Source: Octopus vulgaris (Eukaryota). Taken from it: a stretch of DNA of 64,000 bases. Numbering within the stretch: the stretch's first letter is position 1; each line of letters starts with the position of its first letter. Of this stretch, positions 37,284 to 52,299 are shown one piece after another. Under the pieces are notes generated by a model. That model saw nothing but the letters and a program-made list of their open reading frames with translations, searched no databases and had not been told where the DNA came from. The position numbers and the translations under genes are program-made. The DNA lies in the NCBI GenBank assembly GCA_951406725.2, contig OX597817.1, positions 75,082,001-75,146,000 of the forward strand, in the 5' to 3' direction.

Positions 37284-37904
37284 TTAAGATAACTTGTGAC
37301 AACATAAATATTCAAGTTAGTGGAAACTGTTCCAATTTTAGAAACAGAAATATAAAATAATGTCTGTGATTGCCGGTACTCAGAAGTTCAACATGTTCTA
37401 TTAAAGTGATGCTACTCAAATAAAAAAGCATCTCATTTTGACTTTAGAGCTTGATTGCTACTTTTGACTATTTTACCTTTGTGATTTCACAAAATTTTAT
37501 TTTCTCTGAATCCATTAGTAATGGTTGTCTAATAAATGTGGATGGATATAGTATTCTGTAATATTTGTACTTAATAAGCTGAAATTATTACAGCATTCTT
37601 CAGTTACCTGAAACACTGAAATACTTGCCTGACATTTCCTTGTGGTCATTCAGGGTATTGTAAAATGTTGAGATCTCCCCATTCCCACCAACTCAAACTC
37701 TAATTGAATAGTTTTATAATCAAAGGTGTTCCAGCTATGACTATCCCATCTTTTAGTCAGTCATAATGCATCCAGGACCACATTATCCAATGTATTCTTC
37801 CTCATTTAAGAGTAAGGTGTCTTAAAAGATTTTACTTTTTGTTGGCTTGTATTTATACAGTTATTTCCTGTGGTGTGTAAGCAACTTACATGTATGTATA
37901 CTCC

Positions 37905-38268
37905 TTTACTCTTTTACTTGTTTCAGTCATTTGACTGCGGCCATCCTTGAGCACTGCCTTTAGTCGAGCAAATCGACCCCAGGACTTGTTCTTTGGAAGC
38001 CTAATACTTAATCTATCGGTCTCTTTTGCCTAACCGCTAAGTTACAGGGACATAAACACACCACCATCGGTTGGGAGGACAAACACAGACATATATATAT
38101 ATATATACAATGGGCTTCTTTCAGTTTCCATCTACCAGATCCACTCACAAGGCATTGGTCGGCCCGAGGGTATAGTAGGAGACACTTGCCCAAGGTGCCA
38201 CGCAGTGGGAATGAACCCAGAACCATGGTTCCAGGTTGGTAAGCAAGCTACTTATCACACAGCCACTC
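37905..38268 (-). mobile_element. tRNA-derived SINE
   Basis: Reverse complement of the 21738 family. Confidence 0.85.
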
Positions 38269-38285
38269 GTGTTTATGTATATATA

Positions 38286-38458
38286 GGTGCAGGCATGGGT
38301 GTGTGGTAAGAAGCTTGCTTCCCAACCACATGGTCCTCAGTTCAATCCCACTGTGAGGTACTAGGAGTAAGTGTCTTCTATAACCTCAGGTTGACCAAAT
38401 TGTAAGAGGATTTGGTAAATGGAAACTGAAAGAAGCCCATCGTATATATGCGTGTGTG

Positions 38459-38489
<31 letters not shown>

Positions 38490-38690
38490 GTATGTGTATC
38501 TTTGTTTTTCCCCATCACTGCTAGTACTGGTGTGTTTACATCTCCGTAACTTAGTGGTTCAGTAAAATGACTAATAGAATAAACACCAGGCTTACAAGAA
38601 AAATAAGTACTGGGGTTGATTTATCCAACTAAAAATTCAGGTGGTGCCTCACTATGACTGCATTTTAATGATTGAAACAAGTAATAGATA
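38286..38690 (+). mobile_element. tRNA-derived SINE
   Basis: Same family, head-to-head with the previous copy. Confidence 0.8.
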
Positions 38691-39011
38691 AATATATACA
38701 TATATGTGTGTAAAACAAACCATCCTGCAGCACTATGCTTTTGAAGATTAGTGGAATCCATTGATTAAAATAAGTTATGGATTAGCAACAGGAAAGGCAT
38801 CTAGCTGTAAAAATAAAACCATACGTGAATGCATATTTGTCCAACTCATGTTAGCTTGGAAAAACAGATGTACAATGAATGAACAGTATATATATATATA
38901 TGTAAATTGTCAGTTCACATTTGTTGCTTCAATTACAGATAATTTCATTGTTTTTCTATATATATATATATATATATTATTTCTTTCAAACATTGAATAT
39001 CATGGTTTTAA

Positions 39012-39232
39012 CTTTTTAGCATTCAGATTTCCTTAAAATATAATGCTTGTTCATTCAAATTTTTTTTTGCATTAGTCATGCATTACTTAGTAGCTTTGAA
39101 ATTTCAATGATGAGATTGTTTATTTCTAGAATAACAGTGTAAGGTAAAATGTCAGAAGCTGGATCTGGCCAGTCTGAAAATAAAAAAGTTAGAATATTTT
39201 GGCTGGATATAGCTGGTTTAAATGCTAAAGGG
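39012..39232. mobile_element. piggyBac-type MITE, inverted copy
   Basis: TTAA-CTTTTTAGCATTCAGATT ... AATGCTAAAGGG-TTAA. Confidence 0.8.
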
Positions 39233-39813
39233 TTAATGTGTCTTTTTTCATACTTATATGGGTCAGATAGAATATGTTCAGGCAGATTCTTTATAGCTGG
39301 ATGCCCTTCTTGTTGCCAGCCCTCATCTATTTCTGAGTAAGGCCCTAGCTGGTCATATTTTTATAGAAGACTGGAAATGAATGACACTGCTTGTATGATA
39401 GTGACACCCTTACAGCTATCACATGATATCAAGACAAAGAGACACACACATATAGTGTGTTTCTTTCAGCTCCCATCTACCAAATTCACTCATAAATCTT
39501 TGGTCTGCCCAAGGCTAAAGTGAAATGCATTTACCAAAGGTGCTACACAGTGGGACTGAACCAGAAGCCATTTACTTTATACAATTTAATTTTTTAAGGT
39601 ATTACTCTTTTCTTATATTTCTTTACTGTTTTTCATCATTGGTCTGTGGCCATGTTGCAGTACCATTTTCAGGGTTTTTTAGTTGATCACAGTGATCCCA
39701 ATACTTGGTTATTTTATTGCATGGTTATGGTACCATTTTAACATGGTACTGGTTTTAACCAGCAGTGTTGTCACATACACACACAAACATGGATACATAC
39801 AAACTGATTACAA

Positions 39814-39974
39814 GTAAGTTCACTGCCATCAATTCACCATGAAGAAAATTTACCAAGAAAAATATCCATAGTATCTCACCATTATTAGTTAAAAACTATT
39901 TTATTGAAAGAAAAAAGACAATGAATTGATGATGGTGAACTTTCCCAGTGGCGAATTGATGACAGTGAACTTAC
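39814..39974. repeat. MITE-like inverted repeat
   Basis: GTAAGTTCACTGCCATCAATTCACCA / TGGCGAATTGATGACAGTGAACTTAC, 24 of 26 complementary. Confidence 0.7.
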
Positions 39975-42292
39975 CGAACATGATATAAACTATATACATG
40001 TCTACACCAAATGCATCAATCTATCTGTATGCACATACCCACATAATAGGCTTCTTTGTAGTTTCTGTGTACTAAAATCCACTCAGAGAATTGCTCCTCT
40101 TGTGGCTGTGGCGGACTTTATAAGACCCTTTCACAGTGCAAAGCTGTAGGATTGAACCTGAAGGGTGTGGTTGTGAAACAAATATGATAACCATATAACT
40201 GTTCTTGCATCAACGTATTCAGTAATAGTGATTTCAAATTTTGGTACAAGGCCAGCAATTTTTAGGGAAGGGTTAAGTCAGTTATATCAACCCGTGTTCA
40301 ACTGGTACTTATTCATCGATGCAGAATTTTTTACAGCTGGCTGCTTTTCCTGTTGCTAGCTCTCATCTATTTCCATATAATTGTAATTTCCTCATGGCCA
40401 GATGTATTTTCATGGAAGATGGGAAACAAAGGACATGTCCAGACATATTGCACAATTTTAATGTCCACTTTTCCATGTTTGCGGAGCTTATTGAGGCGAA
40501 CTTTTTCTACATTTGAATGCCCTTCCTGTTGCAAACCCTTTTGTTTTCAAGCAAGATAGTATTTTCCCATGGCCAGGCATGTTCTTGCAGAATATTGGAA
40601 ACAAATGATACTCTTTGTGTGATGTCAAGAGAAAGAGACACAAACACACATTGCATACATGTACACATAACAGGTTTCTTTCCATCTACTAAATCCACTC
40701 ACAAGGCTTTTGGTTGACCCACGGCATTAAAGACATTTGCCCAAAGTACCATGCATATACATGATGGGCTTTCAATTTCTGTTGACCAAAACCACCCAGA
40801 AAACTTTGGCTAGCCCTGAGCTATACTAGAAGACATTTGCCCAAGGTACCATACAGTGGGACTGAACCCAGAACCATGTGATTGAAAAGCAAACTTTTTA
40901 CTAGGCTTTAAGTGTCTATCTACTACCTCCTTATCTGAAGCTGTGTAAGAAGACACTTGTCTAAGGTGTCATGCAGTGTGTGTAAACCTAAAACCACATG
41001 GATGGGAAGCCTAACTGGACAAATTGTATATGAAATTGTCACAGATTTCTTTGACCAGTTAACCTATCAGCTGATTATGGTTTCTTAATGTTTCATTCTT
41101 ACAGATACTTTAATGACTTCTAATAGACAAACAGCTACAAATTTTTTGGCAGGCAATGAGGTTCATCAATATTTCACAAGTACCTGAAAGGGTCAAAGAA
41201 TCAGAATCCTAATTTAAGTGTGAAATGTGTTATTTCCATACAGGAATATAGCATTTATCTTATAGATATTCCATTCAGCACCCCACTTTTGTATACTCGT
41301 TGTCTCTTGACATGGATGGGCTAACATTTTCAAATTTGGATATTTGTATATTGATGAAATAAATGTTTTTTTCTATTGCCAACCACAGAACTATGAAGAA
41401 TAGATGTTTGATCTGTTATATGAATTCTCTAGATAATTTCTTAAAAAGAAAGCTAGTTTATTTACACTCAACCTGATCATTACATTAATTGAGTTAATAG
41501 TCAAACTTTTACACTGAGCTGTTAAATTTCCCTCAAATTACACTTTACTGCTTTCAAATAAGGGACATTGAGCAAAGCAGTCATTTTTAATGTTTTGTGG
41601 ATGCTTTCTTTGTGGACTAAAACTGGTGCATACTGCAGTTCCTGCATCTCAATTTGAAACTGTGACCCACTTATACAGTACCTAGAAAAACTAACACTTT
41701 TATCTGCAATGTCCTCATCTCTGTTTTCAAAATCTTATTAATTTTTATCTGAATGGAAATCATACACATGGTAGATATAGCTTATTTGAATGCTTTACGG
41801 TATTTAATTTGGTGCATCTTAGCATAGTTGCTTTTGTTTTTCAATTCTTTGGAATTTGGTGGAGAAAAAAAGTGAAGCCACTCCATTCCATTCACAATTA
41901 CTATTCTTCCCTCTCACCTGCACATTTGGTCCTTTACAGAGTCAAAAATCACTATTTAAAAAAAAAAATTTTCTCGTCTAACTAATTTGGCACAAAGGCT
42001 GCAAATTTAAGGCATCATCATCATTTAGCTTCTGTCTCCCATACTGGCATGTGTTGGATGGGTGTCTGCAAGTTAGAGGACTGTGTTGAGCTTGAATGTC
42101 TGCTTTGGCATGGTTCCTACAGCTTGAAGCCCTTCCTAACACCAATCACTTTACAGCATCTATTGAGTTTTTTTGTGACACCAGCACTAATGAAGTCATC
42201 AAGTGACTCTTAAGACAAGAATCCCTCAACTGAGTGGGGCTGTAGTATTAGAGGTGGTAGATTTATGCCATGTAATAAGAGATTAAATTAAG

Positions 42293-42566
42293 TAGGGGTC
42301 CTCAACCATTTTATTCCGATGGACCTCCATTGCTATTTGATGTTTAAAAACTAGTTTCATAGAATGTTATTTATTGTTTTCACATGTTAATTTGTGTAGG
42401 TTGAACCATGTAAAAAGTTAAGAGAAAGAAACCTGTTTCCTGCAATACATACATCTTAAGCAAAATTTTTTTAAGGACCTTTGAAATACTATTGTGGATT
42501 CCCAATTTACTATTTTGTTGTGTGGACCCCCAAAAATCTTATATGGACCTTGGTTGAGAACCACTG
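42293..42566. mobile_element. hAT (Charlie-like) MITE
   Basis: Ends TAGGGGTCCTCAACCA / TGGTTGAGAACCACTG; related partial copy at ~12632-12915. Confidence 0.7.
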
Positions 42567-44776
42567 AGATAGAGGGACAGGAACAGGTATCTTGCTGTTG
42601 ACGAGATGCATGGCTCCACCAGCGAGAAAGAGAAAAGGAGAAAAGATGGTAGTGGTTAGGTGTCACCCTCAAGGTACAAGAAGGTGAATATGAATGAGAA
42701 GTGTAACAGAGAACAGACAGTAGTTAAGTTTATGAGGGTGTAAGAAGGTGGTGGTAAAAGGATAGAGTTGGGGATGGCAGATCATGTAATAAATCCCAAC
42801 CATGCTACTGCAACAATTGTATTGTGTCCCAGGGCACAATTGGTCAGCTCCTTTTACTTCATAGTTCAGTGGTTAGCAACATTTCTTCTAACGATATACA
42901 AAGGTCCAAATTTGAAAACGTTAGCTGGAAAATGAGTATAAATAACAGGGTAAAGATAGGATATAGCTGTCAACTGCTGGATGTAGCCATCTTTCATGGC
43001 TGAGGGTTTTTAGTCATATCAACATATCAGCTAACTTGACACTAGCCAGATGCTCTACCAGTGTTAATTGTCCATTTTTGCCTACTGGGAGGATTGGGAA
43101 TAATGTGAAATGTCTTGCTCAAGGACACAATGATCCACTTGGGCCAAGTATTGAATCCATTACCTTATCATCAAGAGCCCACCTAACCATTGGGTCATCT
43201 GCATTTTCTCATCCCTTTGTCTGTTTCCTCTATGTTTAGCCTCCTGTGGGCAATAAAGAAATAAATTTTCATATGAAATACAAGTATATCTTAACAATAT
43301 AGGAAACTGCTTGGTTCTTTTATTATTTAATGACTATGTGATCATGTTATCTTGCTCAGCAAGTTTGGTTTGCCTTTTTACTATCTACGTTATATAAGGA
43401 CTTTTGTTAAAATAGAAAATAACCTGCATTGTGGATTGATTCATTAGCAAGTTATTTTTTAAATTCTATTCATGATTTTTACTTGGCAGTCTCTTTTAAT
43501 ACTTCAACATTATTACACAACAACAGTACGTCTCTTTGGTCACAACTTACTAGAAAGAGCAACAAAATCTAGTTTATATCATACCCTATCATCTTAGAAA
43601 ATGGTATGTTGGATAATGTGATCCAAGGAGGATTAGTCTTGGAAAAAGATGAAATGATCACAATGCTTTTAAGCTTAAGTCTGCTTGATTAGAGCTACCT
43701 TGGGGGATAAACAACAACTTGCTAAAAAAAAGCAACCACATCCCTCTCACACTATGTTCTACTTCCCTTAAAAAAGAGAGGACTCAATGGATAATGTCTT
43801 AGATATACAAAAGATGTTGATGATACTGGCTGGAACTTCTTGATTGCTGTCAACTTAGGCCCTGCAATGATTTTATCATCATTACATGTAGTTGCGTTGG
43901 ACTTTAATACTTTCTTGACTGGCTTCTGTTATAAAGAAATAAGATTAATTGTAAAGAATTATGTTCAGTGAAGAATTTTGTATAGAAATTTTTATCATTT
44001 TAAATTGCTTTCATTCTTGAACAAAAGTTATTCCATCTATTATCTAATGCTGCAAAATGACCTGTCTCATCTTATAAAGCAGCAATTTTTTTATATAAAC
44101 ATACGGGCATCATCATCCTTCAACAGCCATTCTCCATGCTGGCATGGGTTGGATGATTTGACAGGAGTTTGCAAGTGGTGTGTGTGTGTGCACACCAGTT
44201 GTCTGTTTTGGCATGGTTTTTGTGGCTGGATGCCTTTCCTAACACCAACCAATTTACAGAGTGTACTGGAAGTTCTTTACATGGTGCTGGCATTGGTGTT
44301 TTTTTACATGGCACTAATAGCTGTGAGGTAGCCAAGTGACTTGCAAGACAAGAACATCTCAACTGAGAGAGGGAAAGGAACTGAGAAAAGTGGCTATGTG
44401 CTAAGCGAGAGATTGGAGTATGACAGGTTAGAAATAGCTGTCTTACTATAGAGGTGACACTTGGCTACCCCAGTAGGACAAGGATGTGGATTGAGATGGG
44501 AGAGAGAGAGAAAAAAAGACAGATAGTGAGAGGGAGAGGACCTACCCACAGGGAATAGTGAAGGAGCTCAGAGAGGATAGAGATGTGCCATAAAAGTGTG
44601 AAAGTAGATTTTAGAAAGTAAGTAATGTTGAGAGGAAACCTGAGGAATCTGCAGAAAGGTGGTGGAGGTTGTTGTGGATGAGTTTTGCCAAAGGACAGAA
44701 TTATGAGTGAGGGGAAGTGGGGGTTGTGATGGAGAACATGCCTGTATATGTGGATGGCCATACGCATGTGTAAATG

Positions 44777-45972
44777 TTGGGTCATCCCATAATGTAATTT
44801 TTTTCAATTACATGAACTAAAAGTTGGAGGGGGACAGGATAAACTACCTGCATCAACTTGCTATAAAAACAGATAGTAATTTTACTTTGTATTTATTCTT
44901 AGTGCAAGTTTTGAAGAGTGCAGTTCAATTTTTCAAAGCTATAATGGAAGTGACAAAGGAGCAGATTCAACATATTTTGCTTTACGAGTTCAATATAGGC
45001 AACAACACAACAGAAAGTGCAAGGAATATCAATGTAGTATATGAGGATTGGACAGTAAGTGTAAGGTAGTGTCAACGGTGATTCCAGAAATTTTAAGGTG
45101 AAAACTACAGCCTAGAAGATGAGCCTTGTCCTGGAAGATCTGCAGAGCTCGATGAGGATGTCCTGCAAACCCTGGTGGAACAAAATCCCATCGTAATTGT
45201 TGAGGAACTAGCAGAGAAGCTTGGATTTGGTCATTCAACCATTCATTGACACCTGTGTACCATCGGAAAAGTCAGCAAATCTGGTCAATGGATTCCTCAC
45301 AAACTTACTGAGTCTAATTATGCACAGAAAGTGAATGTATGCTCTTCTTTGCTGTCATGTCTCAAGAATGAACCTTTTTTGGACCAAATAGTAACTGGTG
45401 ACAAGAAATGGCTTCTCTATAAAAATGTCAAGTGCCAAAGACAGTGGGTAGGGAAAGGAGAATACCAGCACTCCAGACTAAAGGTCTTCACTCACGTAAG
45501 GTGTTATCTGTTTGGTGGAGTATGAAAGGTTTAGTCCACTTTGAACTTTTAAACTCAAACCAAACGATAACAAAGGAGATCCAGTATGACCAGCTTGAGT
45601 GTAAGTTAGCACTTGAAAACCATCTTTGGTTTCGAGACAAAAAGTGTTCTTCCATCAGGATAATGCTCAGCCACATACAGTGAGGATAACATTTCAAAGG
45701 CTGGAGCATATTTGCTGGACATTGCCCTACCTGATTATCATTTATTCCGCAGTCTTCAAAATCATTTGGAGGGAAAAAATATGAATTCTGTACATTACTG
45801 GAGGGGTATTTTTCGTCATGGACAAATGAATTTTGGAAGATGGGCCTTGCAATTCTACCAGATAGATGGAAGAGCATTGTAGAAAATGAAGGAGAGTATA
45901 TTTTAGATTAAAAAAGAAGTTTTGAAAAATAAAAGAAGTATAAAAAAATGCATTGTTTATGGGATGACCTAA
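44777..45972 (+). mobile_element. Decayed full-length mariner transposon
   Basis: TIRs TTGGGTCATCCCATAA / TTATGGGATGACCTAA-TA; ATG 44944 MEVTKEQIQHILLYEF; WIPHKL; IVTGDKKW; HQDNAQPH; multiple stops. Confidence 0.92.
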
Positions 45973-46047
45973 TACATCCTACACTTGTTTTTCAAAGTTG
46001 AAAGGCATTTTACAAATGACTGCCATTTGTAGCAGTAAGATTTAGTG

Positions 46048-46242
46048 CAGAAGTCCCCAACCACTGGGCTGCACAGAAAGAATAAATTTTAATTATTGCA
46101 GTCTGCAGGACTTGTTTACATTATGTAATAATTAAATTATATATTATGCACTTTGTGTTATGCATGTGATCCTTGAGTCCATGAAAAAATTGTCTTACAC
46201 AAAAATAAATTTGTTGTGCAAAAAAAAGGTTGGGTTTCATGG
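46048..46242. mobile_element. hAT (MER1/Charlie-like) MITE
   Basis: 8-bp TSD ATTTAGTG at 46040-47 and 46243-50; ends CAGAAGTCCCCAACC / GGTTGGGTTTCATGG. Confidence 0.8.
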
Positions 46243-46614
46243 ATTTAGTGTGATATTTAGACTGAGGATAATTGGAGCAAGATTTTTTTTGGTGATTTTA
46301 TTTTAGTGGTCTGAATTTTCTGATAGTAAAATTACGTTTTGCTTTTATCTGCTCAAAACTAAGGAACAACATTCATTCTTTTAAAATTTTCTTTTTCAAT
46401 TACAAATTCAATTTTGATTTAGAGACCTATAATTAGACAGATGGTTTACAGGTCTGATCTTTTTTACTAACAAAAATGCACAGGCATAGCAGTACACATC
46501 CACATAGTCTCAGGTTCAGTTTCACTGCATGGCACCTCAGACAAGTGTCTTCTGCTATAGCTCCAGACCAACCAAAGTAAAACCTCGATAGATGGAAACT
46601 AAAAGCCCATCTTA

Positions 46615-46986
46615 TACTCTTTTTACTTGTTTCAGTCATTTGACTGCGGCCATGCTGGAGCACTGCTTTATTCGAGCAAATCGACCCCAGGACTTATTCT
46701 TTCTAAATCTAGTACTTATTCTATTGGTCTCTTTTGCCGAACCGCAAAGTCATGGGGGCGTAAACACACCAGCATCAGTTGTCAAGTGATGTTGGGGAGA
46801 CAAACACAGACACACAAACCTATATACGACAGGCTTCTTTCAGTTTCCATCTACCAAATCCACTCACAAAGCATTGGTCAGCCCGAGGCTATAGTAGAAG
46901 ACACTTGCCCAAGGTGCCATGCAGTGGGACTGAACCCAGAACCATGTGGTTGGTAAGCAAGCTACTTACCACACAGCCACTCCTGC
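46615..46986 (-). mobile_element. tRNA-derived SINE, well preserved
   Basis: Reverse complement of the 21738 family. Confidence 0.85.
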
Positions 46987-47019
46987 ATATATGTGTGTGT
47001 GTATGTGTATATATATATT

Positions 47020-47054
<35 letters not shown>

Positions 47055-50000
47055 TACTATCTCCTTACCATGACTTCATGTGATAGTTTTAAACGAATGT
47101 CAGACATAGAAGCGGCATTCTTAGTTTCCAGTTTTCCATGGAAAACGTTTTTGGTATGGAGAATATTATGTTGGTAACAAATGAGGTTTGGCGATAGGAA
47201 GTGCATCCGGCTATAGAAAATCTGCCTCTATAAATTCCGTCTGACCCATGCAAGTGTGTATAAGTGGACGTTAAAACGATGATGATGAAAGTTTATGTTG
47301 CTAATATCTAACAACTAAATATTGATGAATGTCTCGTCGTGATTACCTATACATTTGATATCATTATATCGAAATCTGTACAGTTGAGTTAGCTAGATTT
47401 ACGACTGCACACGTTTATTACGAGGTATGAAAACTTACGATCCATAGACGAATCGATGTCTCAACTACCTCCACGGCGAATATAAGTGATTGAAAAACAA
47501 ATATTCGTCAATACGTTTTTAACGTCATTTCCCGTTAAAATGACAACTGTAAAAGTGATTTTCTAATTTGAAAAAGCATTTTGACGACAAGCTATTCTCT
47601 CGTATTTTCATTTACCTCATTCTCTCAACACGGTAACTCGAACAATTTTTTAAATATCTCCAATTTGATGGATTCCTAACTTTTGTTTTATCAGTTTGTT
47701 ATTAAAAAAAAAAATTAAAATATAGTTTGCATTCTCATTCATTACTAAGTAAACGTCACGTAATCGCTCATTGATCTAATACTAATAACCTCTGTATTAC
47801 AATTTCCCCCTTTAGCTTTCTTGCCTAGTCCTAGTATAATCAATTCCTAATTTTTAATTTGTAATTACACATGATATTTATTATAATTTCATTTAGTCTG
47901 CATTGTATTTTCAAATTCGACGCAATAATGGTGCAAGGGAGACAATTGTTACTTTCCTCTGTCGATGCTGATAGTTCTGCAAGTAAAAAAAATACACATA
48001 ATATTTATTACGTAACACAAGTAATAAATGTACTTTCCTCAACCATTTTTCCATGCTCAGTTACGATTGCTACTTAAAATGAGCTGTGATGATATTATAT
48101 GGATTAGTTATGAAATGAAACAAAAACAAAAAACAAGTGCTACTGAATAAAAATAAAATTAGTCTATAAAAAGTTTTTTGTTTTCAAATAAACACCCCGC
48201 CCTCCCGTCATTTAAAGAATGAAGTAACGACACTTCAGTGCTTTTTAAAGCAGTCGACGATTTTTTTTTTTTTAAACAAAGTTATAATTGCAAATAAAGC
48301 ATCCGAAATAGAGGAGAAAGTGCTTCATTTTTCGTTTTGAAACGGGGAAAGGAAAAAAAAGTAAATGAATAAATAAATAACCGTTACGTAGATTAATAAT
48401 AAAGTGTGTTAAATATTTCCCTTCAAAAGGAAAAAAACCTTGTGGTTCGCGATCATATAGTAATTTCGGGGAAAATCGAAGGCAATTTTGTTTTCTAATT
48501 AAATTTCTGTGTAAACTTCTATGGATTTTGTTTTTCATAAAATTAATTTTAAATTTAATCTTGAATATGAAAAAAAAAATCGTATTTTTATATATACATA
48601 TACACACACACACACACATTTTACAACAAAACCAATTGCCTAATTCTATAAATGAAATTAATAATAATTAGTAAATTACACAACTCCGATCAGCAATAAT
48701 TGTTCTAATCGATCTCAATTATTTCCCTTTGTATAATTTATCTCGGCTTCGTTGTCAAAAAGCTAATTAATCTATTGAATATTTGAAATAATTAGGTAAA
48801 TTTTTAAAATAATTTATTCTACTTAAACGATACATTTTTTAACGCATTATTTGATCTAAAATGTACCTTTTAACCAAATAGAGTAAACACTGTGTGGTTG
48901 TTGTGAAGGGCGCCGTGATGTGACTGTGGGTGTCATATGGTAGTGAAGTGGGTAAAATTCCCAACGTTTCGACTCCGCGACCCGGTTTCGATTGGCAGTT
49001 TAAACAACTTCATGTACATCGTTAATGCCCTTGGGAAAGGTATGGATATTATTACAACGTATTTTCTCTTCTCGCCCTATAACCTTCATGCTTTATGCCA
49101 GTGTATGAATTATTATTAGAACCTTGCAATTAGAACGATGCAGCCATGCAATAGGACAGACTGATTTATGCTGCTGCCCATCTATCTAATTTGATGCTTC
49201 GGGTTTTTAGTTCAAATCTGATACAAGTCAACAGTATTTTTTTTTTTCATTTCTCGAAGTCGATCCCTGTAGAGAATTTGTTTAAAGCTGTCTACTTCCT
49301 TCTACCTTTTGAAAAATCTTTTTTTTATCACATTTCATATCTCATTGCTTTCCGTGTTTGCAGAGTTAGATAGAACTGTACCAGTAATATACTGCGATAG
49401 TTTCAATCGCCTATAATTTATTTATCCAAAAGTAGTCTACTGCTTCAAGAAATTAATCCTTGATTTATTAACAAAAATTTTGATTGATGTTTCAAAAGGT
49501 AAGGTGGTCATCCTCCAGCTTGGACTGAATTCTAGGATATGTTATTCTTTTCCTTTTTTTTTTAGACAATAGAAATATGCGAGATATATTTGGCTGTTAT
49601 TTCTAGTAGGTCAAGTGACCACATAGAACGTCTCATCGACTTGAATGGCTAGATTCCACTATTATGATTAAAAACACACACACACACACATTCCATGTTG
49701 GAAGGAAGCAAGCAGCAAATTTTCTTCTATTAACATTTCGTTTTCTATCTCTTTCTTTAATGATAATTAAAAATGGCTTTAATGAACACGCCAAATACTA
49801 ATAATATATAATAATCACTGCTGACCACTTTAGACATCAAAATCGATCATGGTTTTAGCTGTATTCTTTCTTTCTTTTACCCACGCACGGCACGCACTAA
49901 ATAATTTTGCTTCTAGAATATCGGAGAATCGCTACTTAAAAAAAAAGTTAAGTTAAAAACCTTCTCCAATTTACAAATTACAACCGAACATATTTTCTTT

Positions 50001-50377
50001 TATTCTCGCACAGAAACCTTGGATCTGATCGTCAAAAATTATTATCGATAATTTTTTCTTTTACTTTTTCCCTCCCGTTTCGTTTCGAAAACTTTTTATC
50101 CGACCACGCCTGTGAACAGCGTTAAGTGAAAGATAAGATTAATGTTGTGTGTGAAAGATCAGGGCGGAAATTTAGACAAATATCTTCTAAAGTAAATTTT
50201 ACTAATTTTGAGAGAATTAACTTTGTATTACAAAATGGGTCCCCTTTAAACTTTAGGTACTTGGAATATATTTCAGTCATTAATTCCAGATTAACACAAT
50301 GGTGCGTGTGTGGGGAGGCAACTGAACCTGGACGTAATTCATATATTATGAATTCTTGTAGACGGAAAAAACCCATA

Positions 50378-50411
<34 letters not shown>

Positions 50412-52299
50412 GCGAAGCTTCATTTGCCAGCCTTTTCAGTTAGGTTGACTATAAATAAAATATATAAACACACACGCGCATATATAAATATATATACACA
50501 TACATACACACGCATATATATATATATAAAATACCTACATATCTGTATACACATACACACTTGTATTTTTACACTCACACGTATATAATTTTCTGTATCG
50601 TAAAAACTGTAGGGGTTGGTGTCAGGAAGGGCATCCGGCCATAAAACATTGCTTCAAGAAGTCCTATCTATGCCAACATAGAAAAAAAAAAGATTTCTAC
50701 ATATATTCACACAGATCTATATGCATATAGCTGTCGGTAGAAATCGTCGTTTCATATAGCCATTCGTATATATATTCACACCACACACACGCGTATATAC
50801 ATACAATACACACAGGTTATTTTACTTGGATATAAATTCTTAATATAAATGCAAACTGAAAACGGGCCAGCGTGTGTGTATATATATATATATACATACA
50901 CACACACACAATGTGCATGTATGTACAACACATGCACAAAATGTAGGGTTTATTAACTCTCCTTCATTATTTTTGTTTTCAATTATTGAAATTATTTGGT
51001 TAATCCAACAATATTAAGATGACATTAAATTGAGATTAGATGAAGATGGTGCTCAATTAAAATCGTAGTACATTGCATTTAATATTTAAATGCTGTAAAT
51101 AATGTTACAAGCGCCATGAAAAGGAAAGCTTGTGAGCTTGCTATATATTTCCGTTTTGGTGATCAATAAAGAGGGAAAGGCGCTAAAATTCAGGGCTCCA
51201 GGGTAGTATTCTTGTTATCGGCAACATTTCCCCCTTTTTAAAGGCTTCCTTTTAATAAAGTAGCCAACAAAATCTTCGTAGTCAAAGATTTTGTTGTTAG
51301 TCCCTTTTTCTTCTGCATATTTATTCCTAAGGGTCATTGTTGCTTAGCCCCAAGTCAATTCTGATTGAGCAAAGTCATTCCAAACATGACCATCCCATCG
51401 CGTTGTAGGTGGAGGATGACATTAACAAAAAAAAAAATGGAAATAAGGAAGGGCGTATAGGATGTTAAACGTTAGGGTGTGATTTGAAATGCGTCTTTAG
51501 CTATTATTTTCAGCATATCGAGCGACTGTAGTAGAAGCGCTCACACATTGGCTTAAGGTTCCTTTTTCTTTTTTCCATGAAGATAAGCTGTTGTTTGTCG
51601 ATGGAAAAGGAAAGAACAAAAACTACAACTCCAGTCGTTTTTGAACTACTTTTTATCATTTCCTGTGAGAGCTGGTGGCTTCTTTCTTCGTCAAGAGTGG
51701 TTCGCAACAACGGTGGATCAGGCAGGCACTGCTGCATCAGTCATGACTAATAAATATGGATCTTATTTCCGGCAAGGTCGCTTGAATTCTTTCTTTTTTT
51801 TCTTTCTTAAATAGTATTAGTTACGCATGGATCGACAACTGTATTAATATTATATAGGCTTCAAAAAAAAAAAAGAAAAAAAAATCTGATTCAGGTTAGG
51901 AATCCTTTTTATTTTATTGCCTCCGCGTGTTTTCTTCTACTCGATTATTATTATTTATATTGCGTTTGAAATAACTAGTTTTATATTTATGAAAATGTGC
52001 ACTCCAGGACCCATTTATGTCACACACACACATATATATAGATATATATATAAGAATACTGCTGCTACTACTCCTATTCTAATTATTATTGTTGTAAGAA
52101 ATAACTTGTCCATTAGTAGTACCATGAAATATATATCGTTATTTACGTCAGTCTTATGATAATAATAATAGTGATACTTTTCAGTAAGTCGGTTTACGTG
52201 TAAAAATAATAGAAAGTAATTTCAGCTTAAAAAATTTGTTTCTCATCACATTGGAATCAAACACATTTAGCATGTTACTTACTTCTGTTGTAAGCACTG

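Noticed and set aside
49585-49635. TTTGGCTGTTATTTCTAG dispersed repeat as further copies of the arrays' shared motif
   Set aside because: Only the short GCTATTTCTA-like word is shared; the upstream stem strand, the TTCGGT..GCAA tail and a nearby hammerhead are all absent.
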